The position numbers and the translations under genes are program-made. Below the pieces are notes generated by a model. That model did no database searches and was not told where the DNA came from. It was given only the letters and a program-made list of their open reading frames with translations. A stretch of DNA of 64,000 nt, from positions 192,001-256,000 of the forward strand of contig CAVWIP010000015.1 in assembly GCA_963755125.1 (NCBI GenBank), given 5' to 3'. Positions 53,034 through 62,423 of the stretch are shown one piece after another. This DNA comes from an uncultured delta proteobacterium (lineage in GTDB: Bacteria > Myxococcota_A > Polyangia > Fen-1088). Position 1 is the stretch's first letter. Each line of letters begins with the position of its first letter.

Positions 53034-54179
53034 ATGCCGAGTTATAGAAATGCTGTCTTTGTCAAGTCAGCGGTCCTGGAGGCTTTTGCTGTCACTGTAT
53101 GTGTGGCCGGATGCGGGGCCGGTAGAGGGCTCCAGCCTAGTGCCGATGGAGGCACTAGAGTGTTCGCTGCTACAGGTAGCATGACCACGCCAAGGGAGGG
53201 GCACACCGCAACATTGCTGCCGGGTGGAAAGGTCTTGATCACAGGCGGAGTGGGTGCTTCTCCCCTGGCGAGTGCGGAACTATACGACCCTAACGTAGGA
53301 AGATTCGCGGCCACCGGTAGTCTCACAGTGCCGAGGACAGGTCACACAGCGACGTTGCTGCAGAATGGGGAAGTGCTCATCGTCGGAGGATACAGCAGCA
53401 ACCCGGGGTGGGGGGAGCCAGTCGCGATTGCGAGCGTCGAGTTGTACGACCCGGAGACTGGGACTTTTGCGACGACTGGCAGCATGGGAGCGGCAAGATC
53501 TGGCCACGTCGCGACCTTGTTGCCGGACGGAAAGGTGCTCGTCGCAGGCGGACTTGGTGGTTCCGCCTTTTCTTCTCTGCAGAGCGCGGAGATATTCGAC
53601 CCATCCGTTGGGACATTCATGCCTACCGGCAGCATGGTGTCATTTGATGCAGCCATAGCCCAGTTGTTGCCTAATGGGATGGTCCTCATAGACGGAAGCA
53701 GCGCGGCTGCAGACGCAGCGCTTTTCGATGAAGTTGCCGGGGTGTTCACCCTCACCGGCAATATGACCACGGATCGGGGTGGTGGCTATTCGGCCACACT
53801 GCTGCAAACCGGAAACATTCTCGTTGCCGGGGGCGATTCAACGGGCAAGACTGCGGAAATCTATGTCCCGGCGACCGGTACCTTTGCAGCAACCGGCAGT
53901 ATGTCCGCGTCGATGTCCGGACCTACGGGGACGTTGCTGCCGAACGGGATGGTTCTGGTCGCTGGCGGGAGCAAGAGCGCATGCTGCCCGAGCGTATGCA
54001 CCTCAAGCGCCGAGCTATACGACGCAGGCACGGGAGCTTTCTCACCGACGGCCAGCATGACCGCGCCAAGGTGTTATCACACGGCGACGTTGCTACCGAA
54101 CGGGATGGTTCTGGTCGCTGGTGGACAGCCTGCTTCTAGCAGCGGCAATTCAGTAGCTAGCGCAGAGCTATACGAATAG
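53034..54179 (+). CDS. Kelch-repeat lipoprotein
   Basis: Lipobox VAGC followed directly by ~7 Kelch repeats. Confidence 0.88.
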   Translation: MPSYRNAVFVKSAVLEAFAVTVCVAGCGAGRGLQPSADGGTRVFAATGSMTTPREGHTATLLPGGKVLITGGVGASPLASAELYDPNVGRFAATGSLTVPRTGHTATLLQNGEVLIVGGYSSNPGWGEPVAIASVELYDPETGTFATTGSMGAARSGHVATLLPDGKVLVAGGLGGSAFSSLQSAEIFDPSVGTFMPTGSMVSFDAAIAQLLPNGMVLIDGSSAAADAALFDEVAGVFTLTGNMTTDRGGGYSATLLQTGNILVAGGDSTGKTAEIYVPATGTFAATGSMSASMSGPTGTLLPNGMVLVAGGSKSACCPSVCTSSAELYDAGTGAFSPTASMTAPRCYHTATLLPNGMVLVAGGQPASSSGNSVASAELYE

Positions 54180-54259
54180 CCCCCAACAACCCTGCAAGCC
54201 GAAGTGCCAGAGCTACATCAGGGACAAACACGTGGACATTCTTCGCTTGGTGCTCAGTA

Positions 54260-54745
54260 AGCTACAGAAAACGGGTCCCCTTTGATCCGCGTGCCCACGG
54301 TCGCCCATACACCGGGGGGTGGGTATGTCGACGGCGGCGGAGAAGATGCGAGACTGCTTGATCCAAGACGCGGGTGACGCGGGATTTCCGGCCAAGTTGA
54401 ACATAATTCAGTGCGCAGTAACCCACGGTGTTGGTGTTTCCTGCCCACGCGAACGGGGCGGACCTGGCACAGGTGGCAGCAGCAGGGTACCGCGTGAAGT
54501 GTTCAGACATGTGGACAGCTTCTGCCTCGTCAATCCATAACACCGATGGTCCATGAACACCGACGGCGGAAGCGCACAAGGCAAAGGTCGTATCCAGCGA
54601 CTCCATGGCCCCTGGTGCTGTGGATGTTAGTCTACACTACCCAGCCCAACTGCCATTTCGCCCGTCGGGAATGTGACGATGCCTGCATGTCTCCCCAGTA
54701 TCGACACGTGCATGCCGACGATCAGGACGACATCGCAGAAGCGGA
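54260..54745. repeat. Backbone segment joining family F copy 2 (54260-54334) and family D copy 2 (54512-54745)
   Basis: Co-linear matches to 47996-48071 and 40637-40860. Confidence 0.78.
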
Positions 54746-54783
54746 CGCTTTAGGATAAATCCACTTGATGGTAGGGTTTGCCC

Positions 54784-55833
54784 GTGAAACAGGTTGTCTT
54801 GATCGCCTTGGTAGGCTCGATTGGGGCTTGTGCCTCCACGGAGCCTTCACCCGCCGATGCCAGCGGTTCGCAGACCACGTCAGAAGCTGGCGATGTGCTC
54901 GGCGATGTCACGTATGAAGTCTCTCCCAACGGAGTCATTCCCGTGTGCACCAGCGCCCAGTTGTGCACGTTTTCTTGGGGTTCGTACGGTTTCGGCGTCG
55001 ATGCGGCCCACGGTGCACGCATCGTGGAGTTCTCCCTTTCTGGCAACAACATCCTCCTCACGCAGGCTGCGGGAGCCGCTGAATTTGGTGCGACTTTTTG
55101 GCCGAGTCCACAAACTCTATGGGGCTGGCCACCCATCGCGACCATCGACACCGGTGCCTATTCGGTTTCCATCCAAGGCGACGTTCTTGTTTTGACCTCG
55201 AGTTCGTTCACCATCACGGCTGGCGATCCCACGATGACCATCGAGAAGCGCATTGCCGTCAATTCCGCGAGCAACGTCGTCACCATCACCTATGCTTTCA
55301 TCAACCAAGGAAACGCCTCGGTCTCGGTGGCACCGTGGGAGGTCACCCGAGTCGCCCCTGGAGGGATGACGTTCTTCCCCAACCCAGACGGCGGCCCTGC
55401 GCCCAGGACATGCAGCGGAGCTTTCAGCGTGCCGACGACATCCGATTTCGAAGGCTACACGTTCTTTGCGAACCTCCCCACCACGGGGCAGACAAAACTC
55501 TGCGCCGACGGAGGCACAAAAGGCTATGAAGCATTCCTTTCTGGAGATTTGCTGTTGGTGCAGGCGTGGACGGACGTTCCCGCATCAGAAAATGCGGCTG
55601 GGGAAGGTGAAGACGAATTCTATACGGACCCAAGTTTTACCTACGAGGAAGTCGAGAACCAGGGACCGTACGCGCCCATTGGCGCTGGCAATCGAGCGGA
55701 ATGGACCGTACGCTGGACACTGACCGCAATTGCCGCCATGGATGGTGGTGTTGGTCCGTCGGAGATTCTCGCGTCTTCCTCGCTCCGGCAAGACATCGAA
55801 CAAGTCGCCGATTCAGAGGCAGCGTTGCAGTGA
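54784..55833 (+). CDS. Lipoprotein, DUF4380/galactose-mutarotase-like fold
   Basis: Lipobox IGAC; GARIVEFSL.G.NIL, FGATFWPSPQ..WGWPP, APWEVTRV, YEEVENQG. Confidence 0.75.
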   Translation: MKQVVLIALVGSIGACASTEPSPADASGSQTTSEAGDVLGDVTYEVSPNGVIPVCTSAQLCTFSWGSYGFGVDAAHGARIVEFSLSGNNILLTQAAGAAEFGATFWPSPQTLWGWPPIATIDTGAYSVSIQGDVLVLTSSSFTITAGDPTMTIEKRIAVNSASNVVTITYAFINQGNASVSVAPWEVTRVAPGGMTFFPNPDGGPAPRTCSGAFSVPTTSDFEGYTFFANLPTTGQTKLCADGGTKGYEAFLSGDLLLVQAWTDVPASENAAGEGEDEFYTDPSFTYEEVENQGPYAPIGAGNRAEWTVRWTLTAIAAMDGGVGPSEILASSSLRQDIEQVADSEAALQ

Positions 55834-56026
55834 ATTTGGGTAGGTCGTCGCGATGCCACGAGCCGGAACGTCGTGAGATGGAACGATCATTGTCGAGCAT
55901 GAGTCTGAGGCAACGCACAGGGCTCGATTGGAGGTTGCTGGCTGTTCCAGCGACGGCATCCACGGTTTTCCCGAGACCGGCATCGCTATCCAAGTGCGCG
56001 CAGCCGTGAGTGTGAGTGCCGGGATC

Positions 56027-56350
56027 ATGACCAAAGCCGACCTCATCACCGTCATCTCCAACAAGCCCAAGTTACCACGGGCGAGTGCGGAGCTGTTGGT
56101 CGATGTGGTCTTCGGCTGCATGGAGCAGTCAATGAGTCGCGGCGAAAAGATCGAAATTCGTGGTTTTGGCAGCTTCACCGTGCGCCAGTACCGCGCCTAC
56201 GACGGTCGCAACCCGCGCACAGGTGCAATCGTTCCCGTCAAGCCCAAGCGTCTGGCCTTCTTCAAGGTGGGCAGGAAGCTGCGGGAGCGGGTGAACAATG
56301 GGAGACGCTCGACCGAAATGCCAACCGTCTCGTTGGAGTGGCAGTCGTAG
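56027..56350 (+). CDS. HU/IHF-family DNA-binding protein (copy 2)
   Basis: GEKIEIRGFGSF..GRNPRTG..FKVG. Confidence 0.88.
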   Translation: MTKADLITVISNKPKLPRASAELLVDVVFGCMEQSMSRGEKIEIRGFGSFTVRQYRAYDGRNPRTGAIVPVKPKRLAFFKVGRKLRERVNNGRRSTEMPTVSLEWQS

Positions 56351-56571
56351 CCGAGTCATCCCCTCATATTATTGAGCAATATCGCGGTGTTGCCGGTCCC
56401 CTATTTGCGGCTCATTTGAAATCCCGAGAAAACCACCCATCTTCATAGGTCGCACTTCTGTGGATAACCCTTGGGCGAGCGGCAAATTCTCTAGCAATAT
56501 CCATTGATTACACAATGAGGGGATCTTTCAGGGTCGTAGCAGCTCGCCCCGCGAGCCTCAATCTCGACGGC

Positions 56572-57126
56572 TCAATGCAAGCAGAAGATCTTGAGCGAGC
56601 CTTGCGGCTCGCCCACGGCGATGCGGCTGCCGTCGGGAGACACCGCCACGGCGCTCGCGTTCTCATCCCAGGCGTTGACGAGCGACCCGTCGCTGAGCGA
56701 GAGGAGCAGAACCCGTGGTCCTGCGGTGACGACCGAGGTTCCGTCGGGGGTGATGGGGGAGGACGCACAGACAGGACAGCCGCACGAGTCGGGATTCGAT
56801 AGGTAACCCCCTGCGCAGACCAGCATGGGGCATGTGCTCGGAAGGCACCCGCTTGTCCCACCCGTCCCGCTGGCACCTCCTAGTCCGCCAGTCCCGACTC
56901 CACCAGAGCCAACGGTGCCAGCAGCGCCGCTGCTTGCGCCACCTATGCTGGCATTCCGGACTCCACCAGCCCCGATCATTCCACCCGTGCTGCCTCCTGA
57001 ACCGGCTATTCCTTGACCCCCGCCTGTGCTGCCCCCGGCGTTGTTCAGACCAGGTTGGCCACCACACGCCAATTCCACCAAGCCAGCCAGGAAAAATCCT
57101 ACGCCGCATGTAGACATCTTGACCAT
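56572..57126 (-). CDS. Chimeric lipoprotein: Gly/Cys module fused to a partial WD40-like tail (possible pseudogene)
   Basis: Lipobox ELAC; CP.L.C.GG...NPD.CGCP.C, then only ~1.5 blades (AVAVSPDGSRIAVG). Confidence 0.55.
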   Translation of the reverse strand: MVKMSTCGVGFFLAGLVELACGGQPGLNNAGGSTGGGQGIAGSGGSTGGMIGAGGVRNASIGGASSGAAGTVGSGGVGTGGLGGASGTGGTSGCLPSTCPMLVCAGGYLSNPDSCGCPVCASSPITPDGTSVVTAGPRVLLLSLSDGSLVNAWDENASAVAVSPDGSRIAVGEPQGSLKIFCLH

Positions 57127-57150
57127 GGAGTCCTCCACTTGATCTGCGGT

Positions 57151-57166
57151 AGCAATGTCCGTGCCC
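57151..57166 (-). promoter_or_regulatory. Sigma54 -24/-12 promoter
   Basis: GGGCACGGACATTGCT upstream of GGAGG/ATG 57126. Confidence 0.6.
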
Positions 57167-57330
57167 CAATCTAGCGCCGCTGATGCTGGACCGCTTTCCT
57201 CGCAGGAACGTGGAGATGGGGCCAAGTGGCCGGGGTGAAATCATGGCCGTGGAGTCCGTAAATCCTCAGAATTCTGAGGGTGTTCGTTCAAGATCTGGCG
57301 TGGTCACTAGGCGGGAAACAGACCCGCACT

Positions 57331-57346
57331 TGGCCTCGAACTTGCT
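57331..57346 (+). promoter_or_regulatory. Sigma54 -24/-12 promoter
   Basis: TGGCCTCGAACTTGCT, identical to 48253. Confidence 0.62.
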
Positions 57347-57378
57347 GATTGGAGAGCGCACTCGATCTGGAGGCAGTC

Positions 57379-57590
57379 ATGACTCCTTCGCTCCCAGGCA
57401 AGACCGGTTGCTGCGTTTGCCCACCCCCTTTTCCGCCACGCTTGCTGGCTGTAGCTCAAACAGCACCGTACCCGCGCCTGATACCACTGCCCGCGACACG
57501 TCCGTTGCGCCGGACGCCAACGATCCGACTGATACCACGCCTGTTCCAGTCGGGATAGCCGACGCTGCGTGTTCTCTGGGCACCGTCACC
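57379..57590 (+). pseudogene. Frameshifted, truncated lipoprotein N-terminus paralogous to the 48300 leader
   Basis: MT......TGCCV in one frame, LAGCSSN lipobox in another. Confidence 0.55.
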
Positions 57591-57625
57591 GCCATGTTTT
57601 CAATCCAGCGCATCGCCGAGGCACC

Positions 57626-58090
57626 ATGCCGAATCCTGCGTGTTCTGTTCTCGTGAAGCTGACCGTGCTGTTCATGTTCATCACCCTGTGTGCAACCGGG
57701 TGCAGCGGTGGCGGGAAAAGCGCTGTCGGAGCACAAGAAGGCGGCGCGGATACCCGGAGCAACGAAGCGGCAAGCAATACCGCCTCGACGGACGCAGGGG
57801 AACTCGCTTGCGGAGACGCGACCTGTGGGCCGTCCCAGATCTGTCTCTACCCTCCCTACGGATGCATAGGTATAGCCTTGCCCGACTCGGGCATTTGCCC
57901 TGATGGGTGGGTTTCCGACCCGAGTAGCGGCGGGTGCGTCCAGTCTCCCCCGGCACCGTCGTGTGTGTCTCCGGCTCCCGGAGAGGGCTCGTTCGATTGC
58001 TCCGGGCAAGGGGCCGACCCAACCTGCGCAACTGTCAATGCGCCTGTCCCGAGTGGTTGCAGCCGCACTTGTCGCGCAATCTGCGGGTAG
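57626..58090 (+). CDS. Small Cys-rich lipoprotein
   Basis: Lipobox ATGC; Cys-rich domain. Confidence 0.72.
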   Translation: MPNPACSVLVKLTVLFMFITLCATGCSGGGKSAVGAQEGGADTRSNEAASNTASTDAGELACGDATCGPSQICLYPPYGCIGIALPDSGICPDGWVSDPSSGGCVQSPPAPSCVSPAPGEGSFDCSGQGADPTCATVNAPVPSGCSRTCRAICG

Positions 58091-58208
58091 GGCCACCACG
58101 ATTGGCGGCGACTTTCTTTCCAAGCTGCAACTTGGCAGAGTGGCGCGTACTCGTATTTTGCATTCACTCCCCCAGCTTCGCGAGCATCTTCTGTCAGCTG
58201 CGTTCCTA

Positions 58209-58434
58209 AATGACCGGTTGTGATTCGAGGAAGTCGTGGAAAGGGCCCCAAAACTTGGGGAGAACACTTCATCGACTGTGACGTTGTAAAACACCCCCCT
58301 ATTGGAACTCCCACATCGTGACAACACCCCGCATGACCGCCTCCATGCGCTACCGAGAAGGGGCCGACACAATGAAGCCCCCACGTTTTCGGGACTTCCA
58401 GAGTTCGGGATTCCTCGATTCAAGATCGGTCATT
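58209..58434. mobile_element. MITE-like internally deleted IS630-type element
   Basis: Inverted ends match 23/27 over 58206-58232 vs 58411-58437; TA duplicated; empty site CTAG. Confidence 0.7.
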
Positions 58435-58557
58435 TAGAGCCGAAACTTGCCAACCGTCGGCGAGCGCGAGGATAATGAAGATGATGATCTCATTGACCGC
58501 TGTGGCCGCATCGGTGCCGTGACGGATACGCCTCTGGCCAAGGCAGAAAGGGCATTC

Positions 58558-59169
58558 GTGCGAACATTTGCGATTGGTGTGGTCATAGGTCTTTTGCTCA
58601 CCGAGGCTTGTGGCGGCGGCGGCAAGGGAGACGACATCCGCACCGACGCAAGCCCGGAGATCGGTGTGAGCGCGGACGTTGGCAGCAACGCGAGCACAGA
58701 CACGGTCGTCCTCACGGGTGCTTGTGCCAATCTGACCTGTCTGGGTACCGCAAGCAGCCTGATCGCAAGCTGTGCCCCGAGCGGAGATTGTACGGAGCAG
58801 GCGACGGTTGGCGGAACCTCCGCGACCTACCACCTCTGCTTCAGCAATGGCGTCAAGGTGTCGAGAGGATCGGCCCCCACCGCTGCGACTGGGACGTTGA
58901 GCCAGAGCATGACCGTTAAGAAAGGGGATTCCGTCTGCTACTCCTTCTCCCTTTTCGCGGATGCTACCGGGACCAACGGAACCATCATCTATGCGAACGG
59001 GTCTGGCGCAACCCTGGTGACGGAGGCCGTGAACGGCAGCACCACGACGATCACCTGTCCTGGAGGCGTGCCGACTGTGTTCGACGATTCATGCGGCGCC
59101 GCCCTTTCTGGACTCACTGGAATTACGCCAGGCACCGGAGCCTGCACCCTGGGCACCTGCACGTTCTGA
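58558..59169 (+). CDS. Hypothetical Cys-containing lipoprotein
   Basis: GTG start, hydrophobic leader, TEACGG lipobox-like. Confidence 0.68.
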   Translation: MRTFAIGVVIGLLLTEACGGGGKGDDIRTDASPEIGVSADVGSNASTDTVVLTGACANLTCLGTASSLIASCAPSGDCTEQATVGGTSATYHLCFSNGVKVSRGSAPTAATGTLSQSMTVKKGDSVCYSFSLFADATGTNGTIIYANGSGATLVTEAVNGSTTTITCPGGVPTVFDDSCGAALSGLTGITPGTGACTLGTCTF

Positions 59170-59286
59170 TGTACTCTGCCCCGGGGCAGGGATCTTGCTG
59201 CGTCTGGGTACGCTCGGATACCAACTGGTCACGCGGCGTGCATGCGCACTCACCCTTTGCGCTCGCTCCGTCTGGGTATGAGGAGA

Positions 59287-59483
59287 CCATCTGGTGTGGA
59301 AGACCGAGGATCGCACGGCGAGTTAGCTATGCCCGTCCAAGATTGGTCCGGCCCAACGAACCTGGTTCATCCATGCACCAGAGGCCAGGAATGTCGGCGG
59401 GTGAAAAATTCTGGGGCAAAAATTCAAGCCGGCTGTCCAGCCTCAACCCGCAGACCAAGATGTCTCTCTCACCTCTTGGTCAG
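59287..59483 (-). repeat. Backbone repeat family A, copy 2
   Basis: Co-linear with 38633-38833. Confidence 0.8.
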
Positions 59484-59499
59484 AATCAAGAGCCGCGCC

Positions 59500-60090
59500 T
59501 CAAAATACGTCGAAGCCTATGCCCGCAACCACTAGCGTGTCTTTCGGACTGACATGCACTGCCAATTCAAGGGTGAATCCGCCTCGAATCGTGGGTCGAT
59601 TGGTCCCGAAGGTGTAGGCAAGGCGCCCGTCGAAGCCGGGCCCAAGGTAGCTCTGGGAACTTGGCGGCGGGGTGCAATCAGAACCGAAGATGCAGCGTTG
59701 AGTCACCGTGCCGCTCACGATTGAGGGGCCTCCACCAATGGAGAACATTGTTCCCGGCACCACAGTTTCGAAGAAGAGCGCGTGGCTTATCCAGGAATCC
59801 TCGTCGAACAAAGCAGTGGCGGCTGCGGTGATTTGATAGCTCACAGCCAAGGATGGCGTGATTTGGACACCGGCGCGCGCGCTCGCCGCACCAGCCAACC
59901 CCATGGAACCCAGTCCCACCCCCGCGGACGCGCCCAGTCGAATCCTCACTGGGGCGGATGCCGCGGTGACGGTTCCTTCTTCGGCGGAGGCTTCGACGTC
60001 GGCGAGAAGCACAAGACATACCACCAGGGCGGCGGAGAACAGAGTTCCCAAGGGCCTTATTGTCTTGGCCCGTCCGAAACGTCGTCGCAT
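59500..60090 (-). CDS. Putative outer-membrane beta-barrel protein
   Basis: GGAGG RBS, signal peptide, alternating strands, C-terminal AGIGFDVF. Confidence 0.65.
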   Translation of the reverse strand: MRRRFGRAKTIRPLGTLFSAALVVCLVLLADVEASAEEGTVTAASAPVRIRLGASAGVGLGSMGLAGAASARAGVQITPSLAVSYQITAAATALFDEDSWISHALFFETVVPGTMFSIGGGPSIVSGTVTQRCIFGSDCTPPPSSQSYLGPGFDGRLAYTFGTNRPTIRGGFTLELAVHVSPKDTLVVAGIGFDVF

Positions 60091-60354
60091 GCCTCCGTCT
60101 TGTGCAACCCATGGGCCAGCGATTTCATCAGCCCATTTCTGCCTGAATCGCAGAGAGCCGCGGACGCGGATGACGAAGATTCAACGCCACCTGACGAACC
60201 CTCACCGGAATCCGTCTTGTGCCGCAGCCTCTTGCGCGGGGAGCGACACACATATCGCACCTCCTATGTGTCGCCCACGGGCCTTGCTCCTCGTTTGGTT
60301 CAGTTGGCTTTGGAATGCAGGTCCCCTCTGGTCCACACACCCACCATCGTCCGC

Positions 60355-60467
60355 GCACCAGAGGTGGGTATTTCGCCTCCTGAAAGAATCTTGGGGCTAA
60401 AATTCAAGCCGCCTGCGCAGCTTGAACCTGAACGCTCACACGTCTCCCTCACCCCTTGGTCAGTTTC
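60355..60467 (-). repeat. Backbone repeat family A, copy 3 (attached to its gene)
   Basis: AAATTCAAGCCG and ACCCCTTGGTCAGTTTC; includes the stop codon of the 60460 gene. Confidence 0.75.
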
Positions 60468-61072
60468 GTACTCGCTGGCGGGAAACAGGAATCTCAAGCT
60501 GCGCTCGTTCTGCCAGTTCATGCCCCAGCCGTCGGCAACGAGACCAAGCCTTCTCAGTTCTGATACCCAACCGACGGGCAATCGACTTCAACCTGTGACC
60601 TGCCATGCGCATGGACAGCAGAGTTTGATCATCCTCGGGCAAGCTGGCTATCCATGCTTCCAGATCGATGGCTGATACGATCTTCCTCACCGGATTCGCA
60701 GCCAGAGACTCTGCCATCCCCAGCAACTTGCACTCCTCTTTCTCCTGGAGAATTTGGTCCAGCCTGAGCACCTCAACCTTGCCCTCGAGGTAGTTGTGCA
60801 GGTCCATGGCACAGTTCTTTCTGGCTTTGCTTCCGGCGGAAACGATCTGACGACTCAAATCTTCAGCACGAAGCCCGGCAGCATGAACAAGAATGGCATC
60901 ATCCAGAATCTCCCCCTTCTCTGCATGCCGACGGTACTGTTCGTACACGAGGGCAAGAGCATCTTGGGTTCTGTCGTCAGCCATATCAGCATGAAGCCGA
61001 CGAGTGATAGGCTTGAAGATGCCACTGCGGGTTTTTCTGGTCAAAGCACGAACGGATTGTCTCGATATTCAT
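60460..61072 (-). pseudogene. Sigma-70 region-4-like/ECF-like DNA-binding protein of a mobile element, frameshifted near the N-terminus
   Basis: The ATG at 61072 (after GGAGG; MNIETIRSCF..) is out of frame with the body; IDLEAWIASLPEDDQTLL..G..LKSIARRLG HTH. Confidence 0.6.
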
Positions 61073-61273
61073 GGTCAGGACCTCCGTAGGCGTGCACACA
61101 CGGAGGCCCTTGTGGTCCACGTGGCGCACAGTTGCGCCAGTGGGCGCGTGGGTTAGCAGCGTCGGGAAAACGGACGCTGAGAATTACGGTGCGGGTGCAT
61201 CGTAGAGGGCTGAAGAGCCGCTCCTCACTATACTTATACCCGAGTTGTGGGTGGGAATTTCACGAGGGGAAGA

Positions 61274-62125
61274 TCAGCCAGTCAGCCACCTGGGGTGAGC
61301 GAGCTGCCGCCAAAGTGCCAGGCGCTGAAGGCCGATTCGAACTGCTGAAGGAGATACCTGCGAGCAGTCGGCGCCGTAAGCGCCGGCGGAAATTTGGGCG
61401 AATGTGCCCCCAGGTACGTCAGTCTGGCCGAAAGTGTTGTCTCCCCAGCAGGCGGCGGCGCCGCCGGCCCGCAGCCCACAGACATGGCAATTGCCAGTCG
61501 AAATCTGGCTGAAAGGGCCAGGCGGTGGTGTAGCTACACCGCAACTGTCAGCATTCCCGACCCAGCAGATGACACTGCCGTCGGCGGCCAGCCCGCAGAC
61601 TTGCCACCCGCCACCCGAAATCTGGGCATAGCTGCCGGTCAGGGTAGTGGCCAGCAGGCTTCCCAAGATGTTCCAGCAAACCCCGCTGCCGTCGGCCCGC
61701 AGCCCACAGGGGTAGCGGTAGGCAGCGGAAATCTGAGTGAACGGCCCCGCAAACGGCGGCTCGTAACCCCAGCAAGTCACGTTGCCATCGCCCTGCAGCC
61801 CGCAGGTGAAACCCCAGCCGGCTGCGATCTGGGTGAACGTGCCGGCTGGCGGTGTGGCCTGACCGTCGTCGTTTGCTCCCGCGCAGGCCACGGTACCATC
61901 GCGGCGAAGCCCGCAAACATGATCGTAGCCAGCGGAAACCTGGATGAAGCCATTGGTTTCGACTGTCGCGTCCCCACCTGCGGCTGCCCCGCCGCTGTCA
62001 TGGCCGATTATCAATGGAGAGCTGCAAGAGAACGACATTGCTATCAAGGCAAGAGCTGCGCCCGTTCCTTTTAGTAGTCCTGGATCCGTTCCCTCAGAAG
62101 ACCCAAACGCCGGACGCTCTATCAT
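61274..62125 (-). CDS. RCC1-repeat lipoprotein, probably 3'-truncated
   Basis: Repeats F.QISAG..H.CGLRADG...CWG; FSC lipobox; last repeat breaks near 61375. Confidence 0.72.
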   Translation of the reverse strand: MIERPAFGSSEGTDPGLLKGTGAALALIAMSFSCSSPLIIGHDSGGAAAGGDATVETNGFIQVSAGYDHVCGLRRDGTVACAGANDDGQATPPAGTFTQIAAGWGFTCGLQGDGNVTCWGYEPPFAGPFTQISAAYRYPCGLRADGSGVCWNILGSLLATTLTGSYAQISGGGWQVCGLAADGSVICWVGNADSCGVATPPPGPFSQISTGNCHVCGLRAGGAAACWGDNTFGQTDVPGGTFAQISAGAYGADCSQVSPSAVRIGLQRLALWRQLAHPRWLTG

Positions 62126-62423
62126 GACGCCATCTTGCCATATGGCGCGGGTTTGCGGTCGTCCATTCGGCCTCCGATTCGACGACTGGCCCCACCGAGT
62201 ACGGCCGCCGTCGTGGGTGACATCCTACGACTCGCGAACGGGAGTCGGAGAAGAGCCATGCGCGCCGTCGTCCTGTTCTTCCGCGAACTGCGGGGGCGCT
62301 ACCCCGTGAGCCGGTGACGTCGTTTGCTCGAAATCCCATCGGCAAAGTAGCTCAAGTCCGTTGGTGCCGGTACTGTTCACCTTGTGAAGATCGCGGAAAA
62401 GTGCAAAAGCCAAACCGTAATCC

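Noticed and set aside
57377..58423. 348-aa minus-strand ORF
   Set aside because: Spans a MITE and is antisense to a clear lipoprotein gene.
60103..60118. Sigma54-like TGGCCCATGGGTTGCA upstream of the 60090 gene
   Set aside because: The predicted start site would fall at or after the RBS; not supported enough.
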